Shown one piece after another: positions 1 through 9,069 of a stretch of DNA of 42,118 nucleotides. The translations under genes were made by a program, and so were the position numbers. The stretch spans positions 1 through 42,118 of IMG/VR virus record IMGVR_UViG_3300037470_000209; one strand, 5' to 3'. How positions within the stretch are numbered: position 1 is the first letter of the stretch; each line of letters opens with the position of its first letter. The notes below the pieces were generated by a model. The model made no database searches and was not told the DNA's origin. It saw only the letters and a list, made by a program, of their open reading frames with translations. The DNA is from a virus (Duplodnaviria; Caudoviricetes).

Positions 1-127
1 AAAACGCCCGTGGATAAAGAGGAAGTGCGCGTTCGCATGGTGGCCGACTGCATCAAGCGGGGCATTTATTCCGCATCCACACCTGATCATTTCGCTCGCC
101 TTGCGGTTGCGCGTGGATACGTCGAGG
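1..127. repeat. Terminal direct repeat, copy 1 (identical to 41992-42118); assembly overlap of a circular contig
   Basis: The first 127 nt equal the last 127 nt, and an ORF reads through the junction. Confidence 0.97.
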
Positions 128-162
128 CGGAGCAGGCAAAGAGGGTGGGGTACATCGTATGA
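1..162 (+). CDS. 3' part of the junction-spanning replication-type protein
   Basis: Frame 1 reads KTPVDKEEVRVRMVADCIKRGIY...GYIV*; its TGA overlaps the ATG at 159. Confidence 0.75.
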   Translation, partial: KTPVDKEEVRVRMVADCIKRGIYSASTPDHFARLAVARGYVEAEQAKRVGYIV

Positions 163-449
163 AGGGCAACCTTGTCAAAATGTCGAACGTCAATCGGAAG
201 GAGACGCGCTGGCTGAAAAATTCTCAGCGCAAGCGTCAGTCATCGCCGAGGGCCAAGCCCAATCTCGTCGAGACCTTCGCACGCATGTGGATCGAGTGCG
301 ATCCGAACAGGGGCGGCCCCGGTCTGGGGCCAGACGATCTGCAGATCATGACGATCAACGGCAAAGCCGAGATGCGCCCGCGCTGGGAGTGGTTCATTCC
401 GCGCGCCAAGGCGTCAATCAAGTATCTGAAAGAGCGCGAGGTTCTATGA
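159..449 (+). CDS. Hypothetical protein (96 aa)
   Basis: ATGA-coupled to the upstream gene; followed by a terminator-like hairpin. Confidence 0.65.
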   Translation: MKGNLVKMSNVNRKETRWLKNSQRKRQSSPRAKPNLVETFARMWIECDPNRGGPGLGPDDLQIMTINGKAEMRPRWEWFIPRAKASIKYLKEREVL

Positions 450-456
450 AAAGAGA

Positions 457-492
457 AAGGCCCCAGGAGGTGAATCCTAGGGCCTTGTTGTT
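457..492 (+). terminator. Putative intrinsic (possibly bidirectional) terminator
   Basis: AAGGCCC-C-AGGA-ggtgaa-TCCT-A-GGGCCTT followed by GTTGTT and preceded by an A-rich tract. Confidence 0.55.
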
Positions 493-880
493 GGGTCAGT
501 AGAGGCCGACCCCGAGCGGAGACAATCTGCAGAGACGTTATAACATAACTTCTCCTCCGCTCAAATGGGTTTCTCACGGTTCGCGGCTCTCCCGTTCTTA
601 AAGGGCCGAACTACAAAACGCTGGCTCTGGTGCGCCCATTCCACCCAGCGGCCTATACGGTGCCCGGCAACCCCGGGGTCAGGGTCGAGCACTGATGCGG
701 TTCGTCGTCGGGGATGACCTCCCGGTCCGACCGCATCAGGGGAGCGCCCAAGAAAGCTCCCGGAGGTCGGATGGGGACAACATCCGAGGGCCTACAGGCC
801 CGAAGGGAACCGAGTACGCGCCCCGTGGTGGGGTCCTCCTGGTCAGGGGCTGTCTGGAATGGGGTTGCCCATACCGGCAG
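493..880. ncRNA. Candidate large structured RNA or structured origin region
   Basis: About 10 consecutive inverted repeats, e.g. GAGCGGAG/CTCCGCTC 514-562, CTGATGCGGT/ACCGCATCAG 692-739, GGGAGC/GCTCCC 740-761, TCGGATG/CATCCGA 767-787; no convincing ORF. Confidence 0.5.
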
Positions 881-948
881 GCGGAAAGGGCGGAGCTATG
901 GGAGGGAAGCATGTGCAGACACCGCAACGGGGCAGGGGAGGGCTGAGG

Positions 949-1242
949 ATGGCCGGGTATCGGGATGTGATTGCGGAAGGGCTGTATTCGTTCACGCCCA
1001 AACTGCGCGCAAGGGTGCCCCGTGGGATCGCGAAGGAGGTGGACGATGATGTGGAGAAGGTCATCGCCGCCCTTGATGCCGCCGGCTATTGCATCGTGCC
1101 GATGGAGCCTACAGAGGCAATGCGCGGTGCGGGCACTGGAGAAAACACGCGCTGGCGAAAGTTGGACGACGGCAGCGTTGTCGTCGACACCTACCGCGCC
1201 ATGCTAGCAGCCCGTCCCAAATGCGGGGCAGGGGAAGGATAG
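949..1242 (+). CDS. Hypothetical phage protein (MAGYRDVIAE...IVPMEPTEAM)
   Basis: GAGG/GGAGG RBS upstream of ATG 949; VPxEPTxxM motif common in small phage proteins. Confidence 0.7.
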   Translation: MAGYRDVIAEGLYSFTPKLRARVPRGIAKEVDDDVEKVIAALDAAGYCIVPMEPTEAMRGAGTGENTRWRKLDDGSVVVDTYRAMLAARPKCGAGEG

Positions 1243-1245
1243 GCG

Positions 1246-1458
1246 ATGAGGTCCAGTAGTTGGGGAGCTGTTTTTAGGTCCCACAGGCAGCGCGGCTGCG
1301 ATCCGTCGGATGCAGCTTATCGTGCGGACCAGTGGGAAAAGCGTCAGCGCCCAGATCGCTGGAGTATGTGCCCCAGCACACACTGCGAGCGCCGACGTGA
1401 GTGCGCATCGCCGCATGAATGCTGCGCCGCCATCACCGAAGCGGAGTCATCGGAATGA
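1246..1458 (+). CDS. Small Cys-rich hypothetical protein
   Basis: RBS; CPSTHCERRRECASPHECC motif. Confidence 0.55.
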   Translation: MRSSSWGAVFRSHRQRGCDPSDAAYRADQWEKRQRPDRWSMCPSTHCERRRECASPHECCAAITEAESSE

Positions 1459-1472
1459 GCGAGAACTAGACG

Positions 1473-2069
1473 ATGCGCTTCGCTTACGCTGATCCCCCGT
1501 ACCTTGGCCGCGCAGAATATTATCGCGCGCACCATCCGGACGCGATGAAGTGGAATGACCCAGAAACGCACCGCACGCTGATCGCTCGCCTGCAGGCGGA
1601 ATTCCCCGATGGGTGGGTGATGAGTCTAAACGAGCGGAGCTTGCGTGTGATTTTACCGATGTGCCCGCCTGATGCGCGAACGGCCGCGTGGATCACTGAT
1701 CGGCCGCGCTTTGCCGGCACCGCTGTTCCCGTCAGGAGACATTTTGAGCCGGTTATCTTCTGCGGCGGCCGGCCATACGGCGACACGGGCAACAGGGCTG
1801 CGGATTTCATCGTAACGAAGCAGGAGCGTCTGCCGGCGGGTCAGCCTCGATATGTGATGCGCAAAGATGACCTGCGTTCTGGGAAAACGTTCGTCGGCCG
1901 CAAGCCCGCCGCTTTCAGTCTTTGGCTTCTCGACCTTCTCGGGTGGCAAGAGGGAGACACAATCGATGACCTGTTTCCAGGTACGGGGGCGGTGCAAGCC
2001 GCGTGGTGCACCCGCATCACCTGCCATGCTGACGGGACTGAAACCGAGGAGGGACCAGCGCATGCGTGA
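1473..2069 (+). CDS. Orphan amino (N6A/N4C) DNA methyltransferase, beta-type motif order
   Basis: Catalytic ADPPY near the N-terminus; KP motif and SAM-binding DDLFPGTG near the C-terminus. Confidence 0.8.
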   Translation: MRFAYADPPYLGRAEYYRAHHPDAMKWNDPETHRTLIARLQAEFPDGWVMSLNERSLRVILPMCPPDARTAAWITDRPRFAGTAVPVRRHFEPVIFCGGRPYGDTGNRAADFIVTKQERLPAGQPRYVMRKDDLRSGKTFVGRKPAAFSLWLLDLLGWQEGDTIDDLFPGTGAVQAAWCTRITCHADGTETEEGPAHA

Positions 2070-2102
2070 CGCACCACACCCCATCCCGACAGAAGCGCCC
2101 TG

Positions 2103-2534
2103 ATGTCCCGTCGCCAACCGGTACTGCGTGAGGAGCGGGTCTGCCCCACGGTCGAGACGGCGGCCAAGCTCAAGCGCGACCCCCTGGAGATTGCAGCCCT
2201 TACCTATCGCGCTACGGACGGCCGTGACGGGCTATCTCCCGAGCGGGAGGAGGCGGTCATCCTGATCCGGCGTGCCTACCAGATCATCACCGCACCGGTC
2301 GCCAGCCGGATTGCGGACCACATGCGGACAGACCGCAGCCACGGGGAGATGTCCGACGCAGCAGCCCGCCTGGTGGCGCACTACAACGACTGGGCCAATG
2401 CGGTGTATGCCAGGGGCCTGTCGGTCTACCGTGCCCTGGACGTGCTCTTGGACGATGCGGAGCGGGAATGGCACGGGCGGGACTTGGAGGGGGTCAACGC
2501 CCTGGCGCAAATATGGATTGACATCAGGCGGTGA
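2103..2534 (+). CDS. Putative late-gene regulator (lambda Q position)
   Basis: Last early gene before a TTGACA promoter, a terminator and the packaging genes; function inferred from position only. Confidence 0.5.
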   Translation: MSRRQPVLREERVCPTVETAAKLKRDPLEIAALTYRATDGRDGLSPEREEAVILIRRAYQIITAPVASRIADHMRTDRSHGEMSDAAARLVAHYNDWANAVYARGLSVYRALDVLLDDAEREWHGRDLEGVNALAQIWIDIRR

Positions 2535-2546
2535 GGGGGTTTACAT
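2518..2546 (+). promoter_or_regulatory. Putative late promoter (pR'-like)
   Basis: TTGACA at 2518-2523, 17-bp spacer, weak -10 TTACAT. Confidence 0.45.
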
Positions 2547-2568
2547 GGTGTCGAGCGTTGAGAATTCC

Positions 2569-2597
2569 GCCCGCCCAGGAAACTGCGGCGGGCTTTT
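2569..2597 (+). terminator. Intrinsic terminator (tR'-like)
   Basis: GCCCGCC-CAG-GAAA-CTG-C-GGCGGGC-TTTT. Confidence 0.7.
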
Positions 2598-2613
2598 GCG
2601 TTCCGGAGGGCAC

Positions 2614-2781
2614 ATGACGTTTCGTGTTGGCGAAGTGGTGATGCTCAGGTCGGGCGGGCCAGAGATGACAGTGACGGATGTGCGTCCGGATGGGATCATA
2701 ATGGTTGCGTGGTTTGGCGGCGCCGTGCTGAAAACAGGGGCGTTTCAAGACCAAACGCTTGATTCCCTATGCCCCGCATGA
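2614..2781 (+). CDS. YodC/DUF2158 family small protein
   Basis: FRVGEVVMLRSGGPEMTV...VAWF signature; GGAGG RBS. Confidence 0.85.
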   Translation: MTFRVGEVVMLRSGGPEMTVTDVRPDGIIMVAWFGGAVLKTGAFQDQTLDSLCPA

Positions 2782-2860
2782 CCCCGGCTTGGCCGGACGG
2801 CTGGATCGACGGCGTGGGCGATATCATTTCGCCTCTTCCCGGCCCCACCTACCCCCGCCC

Positions 2861-3037
2861 ATGACCATCAGCTACTCCAAGTCCAACGACCACGCAGCCC
2901 GTATCTTGGAGAGCATGACCCCAGCACAGCGCCGTCAGATGGCCCAGATGGTGCCTGAGGCCCGAGAGCTGCTGTACCCGCCCCTGCGGGCGGTAGAAGA
3001 CACAGACCTGGGCATGGTAGACGAGACAATCCGGTGA
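2861..3037 (+). CDS. Hypothetical protein (58 aa)
   Basis: Coupled via ATGA to a 28-aa ORF (2778-2864), which is itself coupled to the YodC-like gene. Confidence 0.5.
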   Translation: MTISYSKSNDHAARILESMTPAQRRQMAQMVPEARELLYPPLRAVEDTDLGMVDETIR

Positions 3038-3088
3038 AGCTGTCAAATGGCATTCGCCTTTCTGTAACGACCGTTAAGGAATTTACAA

Positions 3089-3364
3089 ATGGCCGCTCGC
3101 GGTAGACCGCCGGGTCCGGGAGAAAAGCCCTGGCGTGACGCCATTCGCCGGGCCGTCAATCGGCATGTCGCTGGTGATGGCGACCCCAAGGCGCTCGACA
3201 AACTGGCAGACAAGCTAGTGTCAGAGGGGCTTGAGGGCAGCATCCCCGCCATGCAGGAGATCGGCAATCGGTTGGACGGCAAGCCGATGCAGCCTGTCGG
3301 CGGCGACGAGGAGAGTGTTCCGGTTCGGATGGTAATCGAGTGGGCGAAACCCTCAGAATTGTAA
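3089..3364 (+). CDS. terS: Terminase small subunit
   Basis: Lies directly before terL; GRP-G N-terminus and EIGNRLDGKP motif. Confidence 0.8.
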   Translation: MAARGRPPGPGEKPWRDAIRRAVNRHVAGDGDPKALDKLADKLVSEGLEGSIPAMQEIGNRLDGKPMQPVGGDEESVPVRMVIEWAKPSEL

Positions 3365-4608
3365 TTCCATATAGCCCGCGTCCGCAGTTTCACGACTTCC
3401 ATGAAAGCCTCAAGCGTTTCGCCGTGGGGGTCGCCCACAGGCGGGCCGGTAAGACCGTCGCCTCGATCAACAAGCTCATCCGGGGTGCGTTGACCTGCGA
3501 GCGGCCAGACCCTCGGTTTGCCTATCTCGCGCCGTTCTTCAACCAGGCTAAGGATGTTGCCTGGGAATACCTGAAGCACTACAGCGCCCCCGTTCCTGGG
3601 GTGGGCTTCAACGAGTCCGAGCTGCGGGTGGACTTCCCCAACGGGGGACGCGTCAGGCTGTACGGGGCAGACAACGCCGATAGACTGCGGGGCATCTATC
3701 TGGACGGGGTTGTTCTGGATGAGTATGCCCAGATGCACCCCCGTGCATGGGCAGAGATCATCCGCCCGGCTCTGACGGACAGGCAAGGGTGGGCCTTGTT
3801 CATCGGCACGCCCATGGGCCGCAATGCGTTCAGCGAGATTTACGAGGCCGCCAAGCTTGACCCGGAGTGGATGACCTTCTGCCTGCGGGCCAGCGAGACG
3901 GGGCTGATTCCCGCGCCCGAATTGGAGGCCGCGCGCAAGGCCATGTCCGAGGATCAATACGCACAGGAGTTCGAGTGCAGCTTTGATGCGGCGATCATGG
4001 GCAGCTACTACGGCAAGCTGATAGGCGATGCTGAGCCGCGCATGGTGCGCACGCTCTATGACCCGGCCCTGCCGGTTACGACCGCCTGGGATCTGGGCAT
4101 AGGCGACTCAACGGCCATATGGTTTTGCCAGCAGGTCGGTAACGAGGTCAGGCTGATCGACTATTACGAGAATGCCGGCGAGGGCATGGGTCACTACGCC
4201 AAGGTGATCCTTGGGAAACCCTACACTTACAAGGAACATATCGGCCCGCACGACGCGGCTGCGCGGCTCCAGGACGAGCATGGCCGGACGCGGGTGGAAA
4301 TCCTGCATTCCCTGGGCATCCGCATGAGGGTGCTTGCGAACAGCTCTACAGACGACGGTATCGAGGCGGTGCGTGTGCTTCTGCCTCGCTGCTGGTTCGA
4401 CCGGGACAAATGCGCGCGCGGGATCGAGGCGCTTCGCCAGTACCGCCGCGAGTACGACGACAAGCTTAAGACATTCAGGAGCAAGCCCTTGCACGACTGG
4501 ACCTCACACCCCGCCGATGCGTTCCGCTATCTCGCGGTCGGATTGCGCGCGGAGCGTGAGAAGCGTCCGGGGCGTCCTGTGGGGGCGGCAGGCGGGTGGA
4601 TGGGCTAG
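3340..4608 (+). CDS. terL: Terminase large subunit
   Basis: Walker A AHRRAGKT, LRG-LDGVVLDE Walker B, IGTP-G coupling motif, nuclease WDLG...DST and HDWTSH-ADAFRY. Confidence 0.97.
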   Translation: MGETLRIVIPYSPRPQFHDFHESLKRFAVGVAHRRAGKTVASINKLIRGALTCERPDPRFAYLAPFFNQAKDVAWEYLKHYSAPVPGVGFNESELRVDFPNGGRVRLYGADNADRLRGIYLDGVVLDEYAQMHPRAWAEIIRPALTDRQGWALFIGTPMGRNAFSEIYEAAKLDPEWMTFCLRASETGLIPAPELEAARKAMSEDQYAQEFECSFDAAIMGSYYGKLIGDAEPRMVRTLYDPALPVTTAWDLGIGDSTAIWFCQQVGNEVRLIDYYENAGEGMGHYAKVILGKPYTYKEHIGPHDAAARLQDEHGRTRVEILHSLGIRMRVLANSSTDDGIEAVRVLLPRCWFDRDKCARGIEALRQYRREYDDKLKTFRSKPLHDWTSHPADAFRYLAVGLRAEREKRPGRPVGAAGGWMG

Positions 4609-6624
4609 ATGGCTGATGAAACCGACGCCTATTCCGACGCCAAGGAGAGCGGCGATCCTGAGGAGATCCTAGAGCAGGCCCGGAAGGACTTCACCCGCTG
4701 CGAGGAATGGCATTCGGAGAACTACCAAGCCGCGATTGACGATATCCGGTTTGCCCGCCTGACCGACCAATGGCCGGAGGAGATCAAGAAGGACCGGGAG
4801 CGCGAGCGCCGGCCGTGCCTGACGATCAACAAGCTGCCGGCGTTCATCCGTCAGGTTGTTAACGACGCCCGGCAGAACAAGCCGACGATCAAGGTCCGCC
4901 CGGTCGATAGCGGGTCCGACCCAGAGACGGCTGAGATATTCAACGGCATCATCCGCAACATCGAGCAGTCCTCGAATGCGGACGTAGCCTATGACACGGC
5001 TGCCGACTTCGCGGTCTGCGGTGGGATTGGCTATATCCGGGTGGCCGTAGAGTTCGCCCATGATGACACGTTCGAGAAGGAGCTGAGGATCGAACGGGTG
5101 TCCAACCCGTTCGCGGTGTTCGGCGACCCTGACAGTCAGGCTGCGGATTCCTCAGATTGGAACGTCGCGTTTCTCGTCGACATGATGCCGAAGAAGGCGT
5201 TCGAGGCCAAATACAAGGAAGCCGAGAAGGTCGATTGGGACGCCGAGGGCTATGCGGGCCTTGGCGAGCCCTGGCTGACCGAAGAGTCGGTGATGATTGC
5301 CGAGTACTGGACGCGGCGGGAGGTCGACCGGCCTATCGTGCTGCTGTCCAACGGCATGACGGTTGATCGTGAGGCATTCGACGAGGCGGCGGACCTTCTC
5401 GAGGCGGAAGGCGTTACCATCGTTGAGGAGCGCACGACCAAGAGCTACCGGGTCAAGCAGTGCATCTTGACCGGTGCGGAAGTGCTGGAAGAGAACGAGT
5501 GGGCGGGCAAGTACATCCCGATCATTCCCGTCTATGGCGATGAGGTGAACCTTGAGGGCAAGCGGCATTTCCGCTCGCTGATCCGGGACGCCAAGGACGC
5601 CCAACGGATGTTCAACTACTGGCGTACCGCCGCGACCGAGCTGGTTGCGCTGGCGCCTAAGGCCCCGTGGATCGGCCCTGAGGGCGCGTTCGATTCCATG
5701 CCCGAGCGGTGGGATACCGCGAACACGGAGAGCCACAATTACCTGGAGTACAGCGGGTCTGTTGCACCCCAGCGTGTGCCGTTCACGGGCGTGCCGGCCG
5801 GTCATCTCCAAGAGGCGCTAAACGCCTCGGACGACATGAAAGCCATCATGGGCGTTTATGACGCCAGCCTGGGCGCGCGTTCGAATGAAACCTCGGGCCG
5901 GGCGATCATGGCCCGCCAGCGGGAGGGGGATGTCTCGACGTTCCACTTCCTGGACAACCTCTCTCGCGCCATCCGGCATACCGGGCGGGTGCTGATCGAC
6001 CTGATTCCCATGGTCTACACGGGCGAGCGTATCGTTCGCGTGCTGGGCGAGGATGGGTCGGTCGACCGCGTGCCGCTCAATCAGCCTGCGCCGGTCAAGG
6101 GGCCTGAGGGCGAGCCTCAGGTGGACCCACAGACCCAACAGCCGATGACGCGCATCTATGACCTTGCGGCGGGCAAATACGACCTGACTGTCTCCACCGG
6201 CCCGAGCTACACGACCCAGCGCCAGGAGACGGCCGAGCAGATGATGCAATTGCTGCAGGCGTTCCCGCAGGCCGCGCCGGTCATCGGCGATCTTCTGGTC
6301 AAGAACCTGGATTGGCAGGGCGCCGACGAGATTTCGGACCGGCTCAAGGCGATGCTGCCGCCGCAGGTGCAGGGTCCGAACCCGGAAGTGCAGGCGATGA
6401 CCGAGCAAATGCAGAAACTCGGTGAGGCCATGCAGAAGCTTACGGCCGAGAACGAACAGCTCAAGCTGCAGGCCGCTGGCATGAAGGCCGACAACCAGGC
6501 CGACATGATGGGCGTGGAGATCGACCGTTTCGAGGCCGAGACGGGCCGCATGAAGGTGGTCAACGAGATTCTGCGACCACCGCCGCAACCCGCCACATCA
6601 GGACGCCCACCCGCCCGCAGCTAG
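4609..6624 (+). CDS. Portal protein, P22-like
   Basis: 671 aa after terL; QW...RPCLTINK, DAQRMFNY, SGRAIMARQ motifs; C-terminal coiled coil. Confidence 0.93.
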   Translation: MADETDAYSDAKESGDPEEILEQARKDFTRCEEWHSENYQAAIDDIRFARLTDQWPEEIKKDRERERRPCLTINKLPAFIRQVVNDARQNKPTIKVRPVDSGSDPETAEIFNGIIRNIEQSSNADVAYDTAADFAVCGGIGYIRVAVEFAHDDTFEKELRIERVSNPFAVFGDPDSQAADSSDWNVAFLVDMMPKKAFEAKYKEAEKVDWDAEGYAGLGEPWLTEESVMIAEYWTRREVDRPIVLLSNGMTVDREAFDEAADLLEAEGVTIVEERTTKSYRVKQCILTGAEVLEENEWAGKYIPIIPVYGDEVNLEGKRHFRSLIRDAKDAQRMFNYWRTAATELVALAPKAPWIGPEGAFDSMPERWDTANTESHNYLEYSGSVAPQRVPFTGVPAGHLQEALNASDDMKAIMGVYDASLGARSNETSGRAIMARQREGDVSTFHFLDNLSRAIRHTGRVLIDLIPMVYTGERIVRVLGEDGSVDRVPLNQPAPVKGPEGEPQVDPQTQQPMTRIYDLAAGKYDLTVSTGPSYTTQRQETAEQMMQLLQAFPQAAPVIGDLLVKNLDWQGADEISDRLKAMLPPQVQGPNPEVQAMTEQMQKLGEAMQKLTAENEQLKLQAAGMKADNQADMMGVEIDRFEAETGRMKVVNEILRPPPQPATSGRPPARS

Positions 6625-6634
6625 CGGGTTTTTT
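6615..6634 (+). terminator. Weak intrinsic terminator after the portal gene
   Basis: CCCGC-agcta-GCGGG-TTTTT. Confidence 0.5.
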
Positions 6635-6666
6635 AATGCCTGTCACCAACCCGTGAGGAGTGACCA

Positions 6667-7533
6667 ATGGACGAAGATGACGTGACCAATCCGGCCGAGG
6701 GCGAAGAGCCTGAGGACCAGGAAGTCACAGACGAGCCCGATCTTGAGGTCGATGACCAGGATGAGGGCGACGATGACGAGCAGGAAGCCGAGCCAGACCT
6801 AGAGGACGTCGAGTACGAGGGCAAGACCTACAAGCTCAACAAGGAGCTTAAGGAGGCCCTGCTTCGGCAGTCGGACTACACGCGCAAGACCCAGGCACAT
6901 GCCGAGGAAAAGCGGGCATTCGAGGACGGCCGGAAGGCTTTCCAAGAGCAGGTCCAATTTCAACAGCAGTTCCTCCGGGAGCACGCGCAGATCGTCTCGC
7001 TCGACGATCAGATCGAGCAGTACGGCAAGATTAACTGGCAGCAATTGAGCGACCCCGTTGCTGGTGATCCCGTCAAGGCGCAGCAACTGTGGATTCAGTA
7101 TCAGCAGTTGAGGGACCGGCGCGGCGCGTTGGTCCAGACCGTCCAGCAGAAGGCGCAGACACTCGCTGAGCAGCGGAAAGATGAATCCGCCAAGCAAATC
7201 GAGGAAGGTCAGGCTGTTCTAAGGAAGGAAATCCCCAACTACGGCCCCGAGCTGGTGAGCAAGCTCCGGGACTTTGGCGTGTCGCAAGTCGGGCTCAAGC
7301 CCGAGGAGATCGACCGTGTTACCGATCCCCGCCACGTCAAGCTCCTGAACCTCGCCTATATCGGGCACCAGTTGGCAGAGAAACAGCGCAAGGCGATGAC
7401 GAAGAAGCCGGCAGAGGCCAATCCCGTTCCGACTGTTCAGTCGAAGGGGAAGCCCGACAACCGTCTCCGGGATGATCTCTCCATTGAGGAATGGAATAGG
7501 CGTCGCACTGCGCAATTGGCGGCCCGCCGCTGA
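6667..7533 (+). CDS. Capsid scaffolding protein
   Basis: Acidic N-terminus, LRQSDYTRKTQ motif, coiled coil; located between portal and coat. Confidence 0.9.
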   Translation: MDEDDVTNPAEGEEPEDQEVTDEPDLEVDDQDEGDDDEQEAEPDLEDVEYEGKTYKLNKELKEALLRQSDYTRKTQAHAEEKRAFEDGRKAFQEQVQFQQQFLREHAQIVSLDDQIEQYGKINWQQLSDPVAGDPVKAQQLWIQYQQLRDRRGALVQTVQQKAQTLAEQRKDESAKQIEEGQAVLRKEIPNYGPELVSKLRDFGVSQVGLKPEEIDRVTDPRHVKLLNLAYIGHQLAEKQRKAMTKKPAEANPVPTVQSKGKPDNRLRDDLSIEEWNRRRTAQLAARR

Positions 7534-7586
7534 ACTCATAGCCCGCGTCGTGAGACGCCGGCCTTCCCTCAGAAGGACCTTTTTCC

Positions 7587-8807
7587 ATGAGCAATACACT
7601 GCTGACTCCCACGGCGGTTACGCGGGAAGCCCTGCGTATCCTCCATCAGAAGCTCAACTTCATCGGCACGATCAACCGGCAGTACGACGATTCTTTCGCC
7701 AAGTCCGGCGCGAAAATCGGCGACAGCTTGAAGATCCGCTTGCCCAACCAGTACTCGGTGCGCACCGGCCGGACCATCGACGTGCAGGACACCACGGAGT
7801 CCAGTGTCACCCTGCAGATCGCGACCCAGAAGGGCGTTGATCTGTCGTTTACCTCGAACGAGCTGACCCTGAGCCTGGATGACTTTTCCAGCCGCGTTCT
7901 CGATCCGGCGATGACCGTCCTGGCGGCCAACATCGAATCCGACGCCATGTCCATGTACAAGGACGTGTATCAGGAAGTGTCTGACGTTGGTGCGACCGCG
8001 ACCGTCGATCTGGTGCTGGCGGTGGCCGAGAAGCTGACCAACTCCCTGACGCCGATCAGCGACCGCACGCTGAACCTGACCACGCGCATGAACCGCAACC
8101 TGGTTGACGCGCTCAAGGGCCTGTTCAACGACCCGGCCAAGCTCTCCAAGAACTACCGCGAGGGCATGGTGGCCAATAACTTCCTTGGCTTCCAGAAGGT
8201 CTTCGAGAACACCATGTGGAAGCTTCACACCACCGGCACCGACGACGGCACGGGCGACTATCTGGTCAACGACGGCGGCACGATTGCCGAGGGCTCGACC
8301 TCGATCACGGTCGATACCGGCGCCGGCACGTGGAAGAAGGGCGATATCTTCTTCTTCGCTGGTGTCAACTCGGTTCACCCGGAGACAAAGGAAGACACGG
8401 GCCGCCTGCAGCAGTTTGTTGTGACTGCGGACACCACCACGTCGGCCACGACGATCAACTTCTCGCCGGCCCTCTACTCGACCGGCCCGAAGCAGAACAT
8501 CGACGCCATGCCGGCGGACGACGCGGCTCTGGAGAAGGACGAGTACGACGAGACGACCGCTATCGGCAATGCCGCCGATTACTACGTCGCCATGGGCTAC
8601 CACAAGGATGCGTTCGCGTTCGCGACCGCCGACCTGATCATGCCCAAGGGGGTCGACTTCTCGGCCCGTGAGGTCCAGGACGGCATTTCGATGCGCATCA
8701 TCCGCGACTACGACATCAACAATGACACCCTGCCGTGTCGTATCGACGTTCTGTACGGCTACAAGACGCTCCGGCCCGAGCTGGCCTGCCGTCTCGGCCT
8801 GAACTAA
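7587..8807 (+). CDS. Major capsid protein, P22 coat (gp5)-like
   Basis: MSNTLLT...REAL...GAKIGDSLKIRLP start and RIDVLYG end. Confidence 0.95.
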   Translation: MSNTLLTPTAVTREALRILHQKLNFIGTINRQYDDSFAKSGAKIGDSLKIRLPNQYSVRTGRTIDVQDTTESSVTLQIATQKGVDLSFTSNELTLSLDDFSSRVLDPAMTVLAANIESDAMSMYKDVYQEVSDVGATATVDLVLAVAEKLTNSLTPISDRTLNLTTRMNRNLVDALKGLFNDPAKLSKNYREGMVANNFLGFQKVFENTMWKLHTTGTDDGTGDYLVNDGGTIAEGSTSITVDTGAGTWKKGDIFFFAGVNSVHPETKEDTGRLQQFVVTADTTTSATTINFSPALYSTGPKQNIDAMPADDAALEKDEYDETTAIGNAADYYVAMGYHKDAFAFATADLIMPKGVDFSAREVQDGISMRIIRDYDINNDTLPCRIDVLYGYKTLRPELACRLGLN

Positions 8808-8820
8808 GGAGCACTGAGCA

Positions 8821-9069
8821 ATGGCAATCAAGCACCTCTCTGACGGCAATCCCGATGGCACGACGCTCGGGCAGTCGGCTTCTGACCTTGTGGGCTTCCA
8901 CGGGGCAACGCCGGTTGACCAGGCGGCGACCATCGCCTCTGTCACCATGCCGGGTCTTTCGATTGGCGGTTACGGCTACACCGGTACCGCCAACCTCACC
9001 ACGCTCTGGGCTGCCGTGAACTCGATCACGGCCGCGCTGCGCGAAAAGGGCATCATCGCCGCTTCGTAA
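8821..9069 (+). CDS. Small virion protein (decoration/head fibre candidate)
   Basis: AAGGAG RBS directly after the coat gene; VGFHGATPV and ALREKGII motifs. Confidence 0.7.
   Translation: MAIKHLSDGNPDGTTLGQSASDLVGFHGATPVDQAATIASVTMPGLSIGGYGYTGTANLTTLWAAVNSITAALREKGIIAAS

Noticed and set aside
1-127. 127-bp terminal repeat as a biological DTR
   Set aside because: The length equals a common assembler k-mer and it falls mid-gene; it is best explained as a circular assembly overlap
538-566. TTATGTTA on the minus strand as a dif site
   Set aside because: There is no XerC-like arm at the right spacing, and it lies within a hairpin
7546-7559. GCGTC-GTGA-GACGC GNRA hairpin before the coat gene
   Set aside because: A real but common small stabilising hairpin upstream of capsid genes; nothing unusual
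7569-8948. Long antisense ORFs (e.g. 459 aa opposite the coat gene, 304 aa opposite terL, 367 aa at 17703-18806)
   Set aside because: Shadow ORFs expected from high GC3 codon usage opposite real genes; they carry no motifs
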